Source: a virus (taxonomy: Duplodnaviria > Caudoviricetes). Taken from it: a stretch of DNA of 63,829 nt. The notes under the pieces are model-generated. The model saw only the letters and a program-made list of their open reading frames with translations. It did no database searches and had not been told where the DNA came from. The stretch covers positions 1-63,829 of IMG/VR virus record IMGVR_UViG_3300025875_000017; one strand, given 5' to 3'. A program made the translations under genes and the position numbers. Of this stretch, positions 25,201 through 34,723 are shown piece by piece. Position 1 is the stretch's first letter; each line of letters begins with the position of its first letter.

Positions 25201-27264
25201 GATGGCGTGGTGCAGTTCATCGCGGTGCAAATTTTTGGCCGCATTGTTGGATTCATCAACGGTACGCAACAATTCTTTAGTAACATGTTTCTTTATCTGC
25301 AAGGAGCATGGCAGGCGTTTCAGGGACTAGTTGATGGGGTCGTCCAGTTCATTGCCATCAACGTGTTTGGCCGCATCGTCGGCTTCGTCAATGGCGTGCA
25401 ACAGTTCTTCGGCAACATGTTTGCGTACATGCAGGGCGCGTGGCAGGCTTTCCAAACCCTTGTTGATGGTGTAGCCCAGTTCATTGCGAACAACGTCTAT
25501 GGAACGCTGCTCAACTTTACCAATGGTGTCCGCGGGTTTTTTACTGATTTGTTCGGGTTTTTTGGCGCGGGTTGGCAGGGACTGCAAAACGCTTCTAAGG
25601 CCGCCGCTGATTTCTTGACCTCAACGGTCTCGGGAATCTTTAACGGTTTCGTTGGCGGCGTACAAAACGCGTTCTCTAACATGTTTAATGCCGTGAGCAC
25701 CGGCTGGGATGCGCTCAAGAACGTTGCCCGCGACGGAATCAACTTCGTTATTGGCACCGTGTACGACGATGGTATCCGCGACGTGTTCAACAAGGTCGCG
25801 GACTTCTTCCACCTGCCCGATAGCGTGCGGCTGCCGTTTGTGAGTCAGATTGGTTTGCCTCCTGCCGAAACGGGTGCGGCTGGTAGGCGCGGCAACTTTT
25901 ACACGGGTGGCTACACGGGTGACGGCGGTAAGTATGAGCCCGCTGGCGTCGTTCACGCTGGCGAGTTCGTGTTCCCGCAGGAATCTGTCGCCCAGCTCGG
26001 TGTGCCGTTCCTAGGGCAACTGGCGGGGCTCCCGGGCTACGCTGGCGGTGGTTTCGTTGGCGCGGTGAAGGGCGCGGCGAGTTCGGTTGCTAACGGGATC
26101 GGTGACGTGGCGGGGTTCTTGACGAACCCGGTCGGCAAGATCACTGACGCCGTTTCGGGCTTGTTCGATAAGCTCACCGGCTCCCCGTTCGGTCAGGGTC
26201 TCGTGGGCGGCGTGAAGACGCTGATCGGCTGGGCCGGCGATAATCTCAAGTCGCTGTTGTCTGCGGCGCAGGGCACGGGCACGCTTGCCCCGGGCGCTAA
26301 CATGGTTGAGCGCCTGTTCAACACGGTGAAGGCCCAGTTCCCGTTCGCTCACCTGAATGACGGGTTTCGGCCGGGCGCAAGCGACTACCACGGCAAGGGC
26401 CTCGCCGTTGACCTTGGCGTCACGGGCGTTCCGGGTGGCGATGGCTCTTCGGGGCTGGCCGCGATGAACCGGTGGATCTACGATAACTTCGGTGGCAGTA
26501 TCACCGAGTTGATTTATGACGGTCTCGGTGATGACCGGCCTGATAAGAAAAACGGGCAGGACCACAACTACGGTTCCGCCTTGTCGGCGCAGCACCACAA
26601 CCACGTTCACTGGGCTATGGCCACCGCACCGTCGGGTGCTGTCCCGGATGCTGTGGCAGGTGCTGCTGGGCTTAATGCTGTGGAGCGTTGGCGTCCTACG
26701 GTCGATCAGGCGCTTGCTATGCTGGGCATCTCGAAGTCTTTGGACAATGGCGTGCTGTCGCTGATCAAGAACGAGTCCGGGGGCAACCCGAACGCGATAA
26801 ACTTGACCGACTCGAACGCTAAGGCCGGTCACCCGTCGCGCGGTCTCATGCAGACCATTCCCGCAACATTCGAGCGGTGGCGGTCGCAGTCGCTGCCGGA
26901 CAACATTGTTGATCCGCTGGCGAACGTGTATTCGGGCATCAACTATTTCGCGCACACCTACCCTTTGTCGCAGCTCGCGGCGGGCGGGCGACACAATGCT
27001 GCCGGTTCGTATGTGGGCTACGATTCGGGCGGTATTGTTCCACCCGGCCCGTCGCTTCACTACAACGGGACGGGTGCGAATGAGATTGTCGCTCCGACTG
27101 CGACGTGGGAGCAAGCACTTGTGTCGATGCAGACTAAGACGGGTGCTGGCACCTCGGTGTCCGGTATCACAAACAATGGCACTATTGTAACGACCGACAT
27201 TGATGCGCTTGCCCGTAAGCAGCGGCAGGCCACCAGTCGAGCGCTCGCTACTGCTGGTCTCTGA
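22201..27264 (+). CDS. tape measure protein with C-terminal peptidoglycan peptidase-like and lytic transglycosylase domains
   Basis: 1687 aa; Ala/Gln heptads; 44-aa aromatic repeats; DYHGKGLAVD..HHNHVH; ESGGNPNAINLTDSNA..GHPSRGLMQ. Confidence 0.95.
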   Translation: MSINVGSVSVEVVPSTKEFAEKLRTQLADLKTSVRVEPDTKGFAAKLKAQLKDQQIKVKPVIDPNDPATRAAGAKAAGSFADSFKARLKAALADLPEARITANSNYAERTIADLRRQMETLSNKRIDIDISARDAIAELDRLQAELGAVGASSADPRIRIDSAAAAAELAKFRAELARLDAEDVDVDVDVDTKGAESRLAALSGSSFNASGGMSSLIAAAVALSPALIPIGAAAIGASVGIAALGAAGVTAAGVLALGFSGVSDAVKLLGQRSDAAKAAGASAGQSAAAQARQMATAQASLASAQRQAAESQVQSAERVSDAQYAVGQAGQKVTQAQYAYVQAGKQVTEAQYAVAQSAQRVQEAQYGFATASRRVTAAQQDLKTANQDVTDAVKALTAAQEAAERQLESYADRAVDTGLAQEQAVLDLQDAQDKYNATMKSSTATDRDKIDASLSLRKAQQGLVEANQDAANAQEDNAAAQAKGVAGSDQMVAATKNVQQAQQGVVEATQAVSDAQHEQAQAAQGVLDAQHDQQQAIAAVVDAQHAQQAANVAVLEAQHDQQQAVRDLADAQRQAVNQQADSAAAIAAAQQQIQAAMDKTGDSGSASLAKINDQLSKVNPATLAFAGFVQDRLAPAFDRLKGAAAAGLLPGVQTALENLLPFVGPLSKFIGQLADQLGDLFIQASNALTGPFWAQFFQFVGRVAGPTIDTLGHIIGDLFEGFAGLAQAFQPVADVFVGGIKNMADRFAEFGKNASSNSGFQSFIQYIIDSGPKVANFFGSLFDATGRILQALAPVGDAILGIIGSLADSIAKLPLSTILDFAAGLAALVLGGLQPEVAVIAVIAAGFVDLYQKSQPFRDFIGEIVDFVQTQLVPVLGGVLAGAIQGVKDGFQDVMKVVNQNRSQLGEFWSFVKNDLAPVLTFVLKYAFELIVDTIAVVVAAIGGLVDVFNFLRDTVDAVASFFAQNVLPRLVDFIQTVQAIYRGVLDFLGQAWLTLQAVIDGVVQFIAVQIFGRIVGFINGTQQFFSNMFLYLQGAWQAFQGLVDGVVQFIAINVFGRIVGFVNGVQQFFGNMFAYMQGAWQAFQTLVDGVAQFIANNVYGTLLNFTNGVRGFFTDLFGFFGAGWQGLQNASKAAADFLTSTVSGIFNGFVGGVQNAFSNMFNAVSTGWDALKNVARDGINFVIGTVYDDGIRDVFNKVADFFHLPDSVRLPFVSQIGLPPAETGAAGRRGNFYTGGYTGDGGKYEPAGVVHAGEFVFPQESVAQLGVPFLGQLAGLPGYAGGGFVGAVKGAASSVANGIGDVAGFLTNPVGKITDAVSGLFDKLTGSPFGQGLVGGVKTLIGWAGDNLKSLLSAAQGTGTLAPGANMVERLFNTVKAQFPFAHLNDGFRPGASDYHGKGLAVDLGVTGVPGGDGSSGLAAMNRWIYDNFGGSITELIYDGLGDDRPDKKNGQDHNYGSALSAQHHNHVHWAMATAPSGAVPDAVAGAAGLNAVERWRPTVDQALAMLGISKSLDNGVLSLIKNESGGNPNAINLTDSNAKAGHPSRGLMQTIPATFERWRSQSLPDNIVDPLANVYSGINYFAHTYPLSQLAAGGRHNAAGSYVGYDSGGIVPPGPSLHYNGTGANEIVAPTATWEQALVSMQTKTGAGTSVSGITNNGTIVTTDIDALARKQRQATSRALATAGL

Positions 27265-27275
27265 GACGGGGGAAC

Positions 27276-28169
27276 GTGTACACGCCACCGCCGCGTACCT
27301 CGGTCAGCATTATCGGTGTTGATGGGTCGTCGTGGGATCTTACTGGCCCGGGTTCCACGGCGACTCTTGTCGACGGCTTGTCGGGTTTGCATTTGCCGAA
27401 GACGAGCCAGTTGTGGTCTAAGACGGCTCGCCGTCCGGGGCAGACGTGGCGGGGGTCCCGGTTGGAGTCCCGCGAGTTCACCGTGAAAGTTGCGGTGGGC
27501 GATTCGGATGCCCCGTACCGTCGTGGCGACGACTGGCGCACTCTCGATTCCCAATTCTGGCAGGCGCTGTCCACGGACGCACTTGCGACGCTGCGAGTGA
27601 ATGACCGGTATCTGCGGTTCCGGCTGGACGATAACGAGGACCCGGTGTTCGCGCAGGACCCCGCATTGTTGGGCAACGCTGTGTACAGCATTGACTGTAT
27701 TGCGGACCGTCCGGAGTGGATGGGCGATCAGATCAGCAAAGCGTTTGCCTACAACGCCTTGGCGAATCAGAACTATTATGGTGGCAGCACCGGCCTCGGT
27801 CCGCCGTTCTACATTGGCGAGGCCGGAATCTTCGACTCGGCTGCTGTGCCTAATCCTGGCGACCTGCCTGCGTACCCGACGTGGATGATCGTTGGGCCCG
27901 CAACCCGGGTCACGTTCGGCGTGGGTAACCGAACAACGACGCTACCGTTCAGCCTCAACGTTGGCGATCAGGTCATCATTGACACGGAAGCGCAGATGAT
28001 CCGCGACCAGCAGGGCAACAACTTGTGGCCGCAGATTGGTTACACGCCCGTGAATCTAGCCCCGATTCCGCCCGGTGATCCTTCGCCTGTAGTGATTGCG
28101 ATGGATGGTGCCGAGGCTGGCGCGTCCGTGACCGTATCTTTGATTCCTTTGTATCGGCGGGCCTGGTGA
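27276..28169 (+). CDS. distal tail (Dit-like) minor tail protein
   Basis: G.DGS.WDL, NPGDLPAYPTW.I.GP; follows TMP. Confidence 0.8.
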   Translation: MYTPPPRTSVSIIGVDGSSWDLTGPGSTATLVDGLSGLHLPKTSQLWSKTARRPGQTWRGSRLESREFTVKVAVGDSDAPYRRGDDWRTLDSQFWQALSTDALATLRVNDRYLRFRLDDNEDPVFAQDPALLGNAVYSIDCIADRPEWMGDQISKAFAYNALANQNYYGGSTGLGPPFYIGEAGIFDSAAVPNPGDLPAYPTWMIVGPATRVTFGVGNRTTTLPFSLNVGDQVIIDTEAQMIRDQQGNNLWPQIGYTPVNLAPIPPGDPSPVVIAMDGAEAGASVTVSLIPLYRRAW

Positions 28170-29344
28170 CGGACGCTGGCATGGTCGTCGAGGTTTATGA
28201 CGGCGCGTACGTTAAGCAAACGCAGGCCCCGGACTACCAAACCTGTTCCGTCACGTGGCGATACTTGGCCGTCGGTTCCGGCACACTCATCGTCAGCGAG
28301 GACGACCCAGCGGCCGGCGTGCTGTTGGACTGCGTGACCAAGGTTGTGCCTGTACGCATCACGCTGAACGGCATGAAATGGTCGGGGCGCGTGATTACCG
28401 CTCAGTACGATGAAGATGCCGACTCACCGCCTACGGTGACCGCGACATTGGTCGATGATTGGGCGTGGCTGCGGGCCATGCTCGCTAGCCAAAACGGCGC
28501 TAACCCGGATCTCACGAATATGTCCTCGTATGACACGCAAACCGCTGAGGCCGCGCAGCTCGCCCGCTACTACATTAGCGCGGCAGCCCAACGGCTCGGC
28601 GTCAGCGTGCAGGTCACTAACCGGGGTTTGTTCGGTACTACGTCGTCCACACTGAACGCTCGTATGGACGCTTTGGATGAGTTGCTAACTGTGCCATTGA
28701 GCGCCAGTAACCTGTCGATGCGTGCTTACACGTGGCTGCCAGGCGATGTCCAGCCGCCCGGGCTCACACTGACCGCCCCGACGGTCGTGTTTGATCCTAA
28801 GCAGATGACGGATAAGTCGTGGCTGCAATGGTCAACTTCGGTCGGGTCTTTGTCCGATGTGCATTTGACTGCGTCCGCGCCTAGCGCCTACCGGACCGTT
28901 CTCGGTTTGGATGGGCAGGACGTGGACCGCCGGTATTACGGCTATACAAATACGGATCTGCAAGGTACCCTCGGTGCATTTGGGTTTCCCGAGTTGTACG
29001 TGGATGCCACGGACTTGTCCGATATGGATGATCCGTTGCCGCGCGCGCAACAAAAGCTCGCCGAAAAGGCGGGCACCGTGTCCGCATCATTCACCGTGCA
29101 AGATGGCGTCCCCTGGACGTACGGCACCGACTACCGCGTTGGCGACGTTGGATCATTCGACGTGGCGGGCGTCCAGTTCCGCGAGCGCATCACGCAGGTC
29201 ACCGCAACCGATAACCGTGACGGGGGACTCGTGTTCACCCCGCAGATCGGTGACCCGAACGCTTCCGATTCATCCGATAATGCCGTGATCGCGGCCGTGC
29301 AGCGTATCGCTTCCGACATTCGTTCTATTCAGAAGGGCCGCTGA
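28166..29344 (+). CDS. minor tail / baseplate hub protein (Gp37-like)
   Basis: W.YGTDYRVGD...RERITQVT...TP.IGDP. Confidence 0.8.
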   Translation: MTDAGMVVEVYDGAYVKQTQAPDYQTCSVTWRYLAVGSGTLIVSEDDPAAGVLLDCVTKVVPVRITLNGMKWSGRVITAQYDEDADSPPTVTATLVDDWAWLRAMLASQNGANPDLTNMSSYDTQTAEAAQLARYYISAAAQRLGVSVQVTNRGLFGTTSSTLNARMDALDELLTVPLSASNLSMRAYTWLPGDVQPPGLTLTAPTVVFDPKQMTDKSWLQWSTSVGSLSDVHLTASAPSAYRTVLGLDGQDVDRRYYGYTNTDLQGTLGAFGFPELYVDATDLSDMDDPLPRAQQKLAEKAGTVSASFTVQDGVPWTYGTDYRVGDVGSFDVAGVQFRERITQVTATDNRDGGLVFTPQIGDPNASDSSDNAVIAAVQRIASDIRSIQKGR

Positions 29345-29345
29345 C

Positions 29346-30368
29346 ATGAGCGTAACCCACATTCCCCGGGGTTTCACGGGCACCGTCGACCAGGTCGCGG
29401 AGGCCCGCCGGTTCTCCCTCGCCACCGCACCGTTCCGGGTCGCGAGTAGCAGCGACTGGCGGCCCACTGTGGTCACCACCACTGACCGCACCGTGCAGAT
29501 CGCGGCGGGCGCGGCTGAGGCTTGTGGCGTCTACGATTCGACCACGGCAACGGACACTGTTCAGTTCGCCGCAAACTCCACGGGAACTGTCCGTTATGAC
29601 GCGCTCGTGGCCGTGTTCGACTGGGGAACACTGAACGTTTCGTTCGCTGCGATCCAAGGCACCACGACGCCCCCGGCCATCAATCAGACGTCGATCTCGT
29701 CCACCAGCCAGATTGACCGTATCCCGGGTACTCGTTACGAGGCGTTGCTGGGCATTGTTGCTATCAACCCGGGGCAGGGTGCGCTCACCGCCGCGTCGCT
29801 CAGTGACTGCCGCGTGTGGGGCACGGGCGCGACCCTCATTGCTGCTGGTAACGCTTACAAGGAACTCATTGATGTGCCCGTCGGTGGACTGCTGCGGCTT
29901 CCCGCGATCCCTGGTGTGCGCCCCTCGTGTGAAATCACGTACCGTGACGGCATGTGGCGGCTCGTATCGCCCAGCCCTCTCGTGAGCTTCTACGGGGATT
30001 TTACTAACGCACCGGGAACGTACATTGCTGACCCGTCGCCAATCACCGCGTGGACGGTTCCCGATCTTGGTTTCGGTGTGAAGCTTGCCCCGAACTCGCG
30101 CGTGGAAACTGGCGCCGATTCTGGTGGTGGACGTTGGGATACCCGCGTGTTCGCCACCCAGGGCGGTACCGACACGGAGATTGGCCGCACCGAAGGAATT
30201 GATAGCGCGATCTCCTACCAGGAGATTCACGACCCGCCTAATGACCGCGTCTTTAACGGTGCAATCAACTGCCGCGTTGATGCGTTTAAGGGTTACACGC
30301 ACAACGTTCTCGGCCGAGTGAATGGCGGCGGTGGCCGCGTCGCTGGCGTCGTCGTCTACGCAGGCTAA
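29346..30368 (+). CDS. minor tail protein
   Basis: GF.GTV, DRTVQIAAG.A...G, RYDALV...DW. Confidence 0.7.
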   Translation: MSVTHIPRGFTGTVDQVAEARRFSLATAPFRVASSSDWRPTVVTTTDRTVQIAAGAAEACGVYDSTTATDTVQFAANSTGTVRYDALVAVFDWGTLNVSFAAIQGTTTPPAINQTSISSTSQIDRIPGTRYEALLGIVAINPGQGALTAASLSDCRVWGTGATLIAAGNAYKELIDVPVGGLLRLPAIPGVRPSCEITYRDGMWRLVSPSPLVSFYGDFTNAPGTYIADPSPITAWTVPDLGFGVKLAPNSRVETGADSGGGRWDTRVFATQGGTDTEIGRTEGIDSAISYQEIHDPPNDRVFNGAINCRVDAFKGYTHNVLGRVNGGGGRVAGVVVYAG

Positions 30369-30379
30369 AGGGAGGCATC

Positions 30380-30547
30380 ATGGCTCGCCACGAAAAGCCC
30401 GACGAAGACCCAATCCTCGACCGCGTGCATGATCTGATTCACGGCGCGGACCACAAAGATTGGGACGTCACCAAGCACGGTCGGATGCGAGAACACGCTA
30501 CCGGCCCCGAAGACGAGCCAGCGACCGTGCTTTACGAGGGGGACTAA
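30380..30547 (+). CDS. small hypothetical protein (55 aa)
   Basis: Read manually: MARHEKPDEDPILDRVH...; GGAGG RBS; TAATG overlap with the lysin. Confidence 0.55.
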   Translation: MARHEKPDEDPILDRVHDLIHGADHKDWDVTKHGRMREHATGPEDEPATVLYEGD

Positions 30548-31470
30548 TGGCCGCTCAACTTGGCCTGCCCGCTGCTCTTAAAGCACGCGGGCTCACCGTG
30601 GAACTCGTGCCGGGCTGGGAGACCCGGTCCGCCGGATCGTTCGCGCCCAAGGGGGCAATCTGCCACTGGACTGCGGGGCCAGCTAAGTCAACGACTCGCC
30701 CGTCGCTGAACATTGTTGTCAATGGGCGACCCGATCTCGACGGGCCACTGTGCAACGTCTACCTGGATCGCAATGGTATCGCAGTGGTCGTGGCGGCGGG
30801 CCGCGCAAATCATGCCGGCGCGGGCAACTGGCGCGGACTCACCGCCAACAGTCAACTGTTCGGTACTGAGTGCGAAGCTGCGGGCCCCGATGATTTCACG
30901 CCTGCTCAGCGCCTCGCCTACCCGAAGGTTAACGCCGCCTACTGTGATCTTGGCGGTTTCGGCGCGGACATGGTCGCGGGGCACTCGGAGTACGCGCTGC
31001 CCAAGGGCCGCAAGACCGATATCAACGGTTACACGATGGATGACATGCGGCAGAAGGTCGCTGCGATCCTTGCCGGGCAGACGCCTGGCCCTATTATTGC
31101 GGAGGAAGATTTGGACGCCAATCAGGCTAAGATGCTGCAAACTGTTTATGATGCGCTGACCCCGGGTGTTGCGGGTGTGAAGTTTGATGGGGACATTCTT
31201 GCGCGCCTCAAGGCGGTGCAGGCCACGACCGTGAGCATTCTTCCGGGCGTGTCGGCCACCGTGTGGGACGTGAAAGACGGCGGTGTCCGCATGGGTCAGC
31301 TGCTGCACGAGGGCCACGATGCCGCTGTAACGGCCTCTGGCGCGGTGTCTGCTGTTGTGGGCAACGTGGGCGCCACCCCGGCTACTGGCCCCGTTGAGCT
31401 GTCTGATGCACAGATGGAGTCGCTGGCCGACAAGGTCGCCGACAAGCTCGCCACTCGACTGGCGTCCTGA
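30547..31470 (+). CDS. endolysin, N-acetylmuramoyl-L-alanine amidase (Amidase_2)
   Basis: ICHWTAG, GRPDLDGPLCN, AGRANHAG, GTECE, GHSEYA...RKTD. Confidence 0.9.
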   Translation: MAAQLGLPAALKARGLTVELVPGWETRSAGSFAPKGAICHWTAGPAKSTTRPSLNIVVNGRPDLDGPLCNVYLDRNGIAVVVAAGRANHAGAGNWRGLTANSQLFGTECEAAGPDDFTPAQRLAYPKVNAAYCDLGGFGADMVAGHSEYALPKGRKTDINGYTMDDMRQKVAAILAGQTPGPIIAEEDLDANQAKMLQTVYDALTPGVAGVKFDGDILARLKAVQATTVSILPGVSATVWDVKDGGVRMGQLLHEGHDAAVTASGAVSAVVGNVGATPATGPVELSDAQMESLADKVADKLATRLAS

Positions 31471-31498
31471 TGGTTGAGTCAACGCACGTTTTTGGCCC

Positions 31499-32005
31499 GT
31501 GGCAAGGGTTTTCCCCGTCGCAACAAGTCCGGTACTGCATTCGCTGTGGGCTCGCCCAGTACCGCAACTACGGCACGCAGCCCGGGTGACGCGGGCGCAT
31601 CTGCGCCAGGAGTTGTGCGCCGAGATTGTGGCGCTAGCTGCGATCTTCGGTGCAATCAGTGCAGTGCTTTTCTTCGCACCACGCAAAGTGGTTGTTACCG
31701 CGACCAACATCAATGTGTACCGCATTTGGCCTGACGTGTTGTCGGTTGGGGTCACGCGCGCGGCATGGGCTGCTATGTTTCTGTTGTGCGCAATCATTAC
31801 GGCTAGTCTCATATGGCGAAGCACCGCGGGCTGGATCTTAGCTGCGGTGCTCATCGTCTTTTTTGTCAACGGAACATGGTTCGCGTCATACACCCTGCCC
31901 CTTATAAAAGGCCAGGGTTCAGCTATCGGAACAATCGTTTTCACGGCCCTACTCGCTTGGCCTGGGTTCGTGATCTACCGAGTGGCCCACGGGGCGGGGG
32001 AATGA
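31499..32005 (+). CDS. multi-pass membrane protein of the lysis cassette (start uncertain)
   Basis: About four hydrophobic helices. Confidence 0.65.
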   Translation: MARVFPVATSPVLHSLWARPVPQLRHAARVTRAHLRQELCAEIVALAAIFGAISAVLFFAPRKVVVTATNINVYRIWPDVLSVGVTRAAWAAMFLLCAIITASLIWRSTAGWILAAVLIVFFVNGTWFASYTLPLIKGQGSAIGTIVFTALLAWPGFVIYRVAHGAGE

Positions 32006-32006
32006 C

Positions 32007-32351
32007 TTGTGGCATCTCGCGGCAGACCTACCAACAACCCCCGCCGATAACACAGGCGTATACCTAGTCTTCTTCGGTACCGTTGTCGCTAGCCTCGCCG
32101 GTATTGCCGTCGCCTACATCAACAACCGCAAAAAGTCCGATCCGGTGCGCGTCAACACTGAGGACGGCAACCAAGTCGGTTCGCTCCGTGAGCGCCTTGC
32201 CGTCGCCGAAAATGAACTCAAAGGATTAAGCGACGACCACGACGAACTGTCTGAGATAGTCGAAATCGTGGACCGGCGAACCGGTAAAATCGAGCAGGTC
32301 AACGAACAAGTCGTCAAGTGGCTTGACGACAATCAACCAGGGTGGCGCTAA
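32007..32351 (+). CDS. membrane protein with coiled coil (lysis cassette)
   Basis: One TM helix plus heptad region. Confidence 0.65.
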   Translation: MWHLAADLPTTPADNTGVYLVFFGTVVASLAGIAVAYINNRKKSDPVRVNTEDGNQVGSLRERLAVAENELKGLSDDHDELSEIVEIVDRRTGKIEQVNEQVVKWLDDNQPGWR

Positions 32352-32818
32352 TGGCACGACGACGAGCCCGCCGAACTGACGCCCCAATGCTCTCGGACGC
32401 GCAACAGGACGATGATGTTGTCGCGGTGCTGTCTCACACGAACCCGCACAGCAACCGTAACGTTGTTCTGGCGGTATTGTTCGCCGCTTTTCTCGTCATC
32501 GGCTGCATCGGCTACTTGCAGTATTCGACCAACGAGCGGCAAATGAACACCAATGCTCGGCTGGTCAAGCTAGAAGACTACGTGGCCCAAGCCAAGGTCA
32601 AGCGGGACGCGCAGAACAAAGCCATCAACGATGAGCTGAAAATCGCCGCCTGCGGGTTCCTTGACCGCCTACCCGCTAGCCCGCTGTGGGACCCAATGCG
32701 TGAGCAGTACGGCTGCGGCCCCGGCATCCCGGCCGACGAGTACCCGGCCGCCGCCATGGCTGTTACTGCCGACCAGTTCTATCAAGCTTTTCCGTCGACG
32801 CGGGACCAAAACAACTAG
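32351..32818 (+). CDS. membrane protein (lysis cassette)
   Basis: One TM helix; two Cys in the C-terminal domain. Confidence 0.6.
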   Translation: MARRRARRTDAPMLSDAQQDDDVVAVLSHTNPHSNRNVVLAVLFAAFLVIGCIGYLQYSTNERQMNTNARLVKLEDYVAQAKVKRDAQNKAINDELKIAACGFLDRLPASPLWDPMREQYGCGPGIPADEYPAAAMAVTADQFYQAFPSTRDQNN

Positions 32819-32826
32819 GAGACTCC

Positions 32827-33075
32827 ATGAACCGCCAGTTCCTCACCGATCTCGCTGAGCGGGCCGCTAAGACGTTTGCGCAGGCCCTCATCGCCGTTCT
32901 CACCGTTCAGGGCGTCTCGGGCGTGCTTGACGTCAACTGGGGCCGCGCGCTGTCCGTCGCCGCCCTCGCCACTGTCGTGTCGGTGTTGACTTCGGTTGCG
33001 TCGCTGAACCTTGGCAATTCTGGCACGGCATCCGCTACTGACGCGGTTGAGCCTGTGCCCACCACCCAGTTTTGA
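32827..33075 (+). CDS. holin (r1t-like)
   Basis: DLAERAAKTFAQALIA...VNW..ALSVAALATVVSVLTSVAS. Confidence 0.9.
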   Translation: MNRQFLTDLAERAAKTFAQALIAVLTVQGVSGVLDVNWGRALSVAALATVVSVLTSVASLNLGNSGTASATDAVEPVPTTQF

Positions 33076-33479
33076 CCGCAACGTCGGCGCTGACCCCGCC
33101 GTACATTTACCGCGCCACGGTTACGCGCGTCATCGACGGCGACACCATTGTGGTTGACATTGATCTTGGCATGTATCACCACGAGGTGGATGTGCCGATC
33201 CGTCTCCGGTGCTGCGCCGCCCGCGAACTGCGCGACGAGGGCGGACCAGAAGCGCGCGACAATCTTGCTACGCTGCTGCCGCCGGGGACTGTGGTTTTGC
33301 TGTCAACCGCTAAGCCTGACAAGTATTCGCGCCGCTGGGATGCGTCGGTCCTTTATGCTGACGGTGACATAGTCCGCAACTTGTCCGCCGCTTTGGTAGC
33401 GACGGGGTGGGCTGTGCAATGGAATGGTCGCGGCGCGCAGCCTAAGCCGTCGTGGCCGCGCGTAACCGAGGAGCAGTAA
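33072..33479 (+). CDS. thermonuclease (SNase-like)
   Basis: Y.ATVTRVIDGDTI..DIDLG...IRL....A.E...DKY.R. Confidence 0.85.
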   Translation: MTATSALTPPYIYRATVTRVIDGDTIVVDIDLGMYHHEVDVPIRLRCCAARELRDEGGPEARDNLATLLPPGTVVLLSTAKPDKYSRRWDASVLYADGDIVRNLSAALVATGWAVQWNGRGAQPKPSWPRVTEEQ

Positions 33480-34711
33480 TGCCGCAACTTCACCGCATTA
33501 GCAACATCATCGCCCACGCAGCTAGCGTTTCTTACACGCCGCGCCAAGTGGCTAAGGCGTACAACGCGCCCATCGACACCTATGATGGCACTGGGCAAAC
33601 CATCGGCATTATTGAGCTGGGCGGCGCGTACAACGCTGCCGACCTTAAGGCTTATGCCGCGAAGCTCGACGTGCCCGCCGCTAACGTAGCAGTCGTCAAT
33701 GTGGGCAACGGCCGACCCGTGTCCGATGGCCCGAAGGGCGCCGACGGTGAGGTCATGCTCGACGTCGAGGTTGTCGCGGCGGTCGCCCCGGGCGTTCACC
33801 AGCGTCTTTATCTTTGCGAAAACACGAATGCGGGTTTTCTCGCCGGGATCAAGCAAGCTGTTGTTGAGTGCGGCATCGTGTCGATTTCATGGGGCGGGGC
33901 GGAGTCGTCGTGGGATGCCGCGACGATGGATGAATACGAGCAGGTGCTCGCGGCGGCCCGCGCTAAGGGCGTGGCCGTGTTCGTTGCCAGTGGCGACACC
34001 GGTTCACGCGACAGCACCAGCACAAACACCGTGGACTTTCCCGCGTCGTCCCCGTCTGTGATTGCCTGTGGTGGCACGCAGCTTCGGCTCAGCGACGATG
34101 GGTCCCGCGCGTCTGAGGTGACGTGGGATGACGACGACACGCAGTCCGCTACCGGCGGTGGCGTCTCCAAGCACTTCCCGGGCCGACAGGTTCCGGACCT
34201 CGCGGGCAACGCTAGCCCCACCACGGGCTACCAGATTCGCGTAGACGGCGGCACCTATGTGATCGGTGGGACGTCGGCTGTTGCGCCCCTTTATGCAGCT
34301 ATGACGGCAATTATGCGACAGGCCAGTGGGGCGTCTTTCGATCTGCTGAACTTGGTGCTCACCAATCCGACGATCGCGTTCGACGTAACGATCGGCGACA
34401 ACGGTGGGTACAAGGCCGGCCCCGGCCGAGACATGACCACCGGCTATGGCGTGCTTGACGTTGCCCGCGCCCTCGCGGTGCTCACCAGTGGCACGCAGGT
34501 CCCCGCTCCCGGCGGTAACCCCGCGCCCACCCCGACGCCCACACCAGCCCCAGAGCCCGTGCAGCCCATCCCTGCGCCCCCGGTCACCGCAAACCCACTC
34601 GACGGTTTTCCGTTTGCAGACTATCGAGCGTTTGAAGCGCACCCCTATTCGCTGAGCAAGCGCCGTATTTTCATTGCCCGGGTTAACGCCTGGATCTTGG
34701 CCCGCGACTAA
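33479..34711 (+). CDS. S53 sedolisin/kumamolisin-like serine-carboxyl peptidase lacking a prodomain
   Basis: GQTIGIIELGG; EVMLDVE (Glu/Asp); ISWG; ASGDTG (oxyanion Asp); GGTSAVAP (Ser); Ca site FDVTIGDN...D.TTGYG. Confidence 0.9.
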   Translation: MPQLHRISNIIAHAASVSYTPRQVAKAYNAPIDTYDGTGQTIGIIELGGAYNAADLKAYAAKLDVPAANVAVVNVGNGRPVSDGPKGADGEVMLDVEVVAAVAPGVHQRLYLCENTNAGFLAGIKQAVVECGIVSISWGGAESSWDAATMDEYEQVLAAARAKGVAVFVASGDTGSRDSTSTNTVDFPASSPSVIACGGTQLRLSDDGSRASEVTWDDDDTQSATGGGVSKHFPGRQVPDLAGNASPTTGYQIRVDGGTYVIGGTSAVAPLYAAMTAIMRQASGASFDLLNLVLTNPTIAFDVTIGDNGGYKAGPGRDMTTGYGVLDVARALAVLTSGTQVPAPGGNPAPTPTPTPAPEPVQPIPAPPVTANPLDGFPFADYRAFEAHPYSLSKRRIFIARVNAWILARD

Positions 34712-34723
34712 TCGGAGACAACG

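Noticed and set aside
30460-30546. Longer endolysin start
   Set aside because: It overlaps the RBS-supported ORF 30380..30547. ATG 30547 is coupled to that ORF's stop.
30547-33075. Lysin B (mycolylarabinogalactan esterase)
   Set aside because: No cutinase-like GxSxG gene in the lysis cassette. The SGNH proteins are a different fold.
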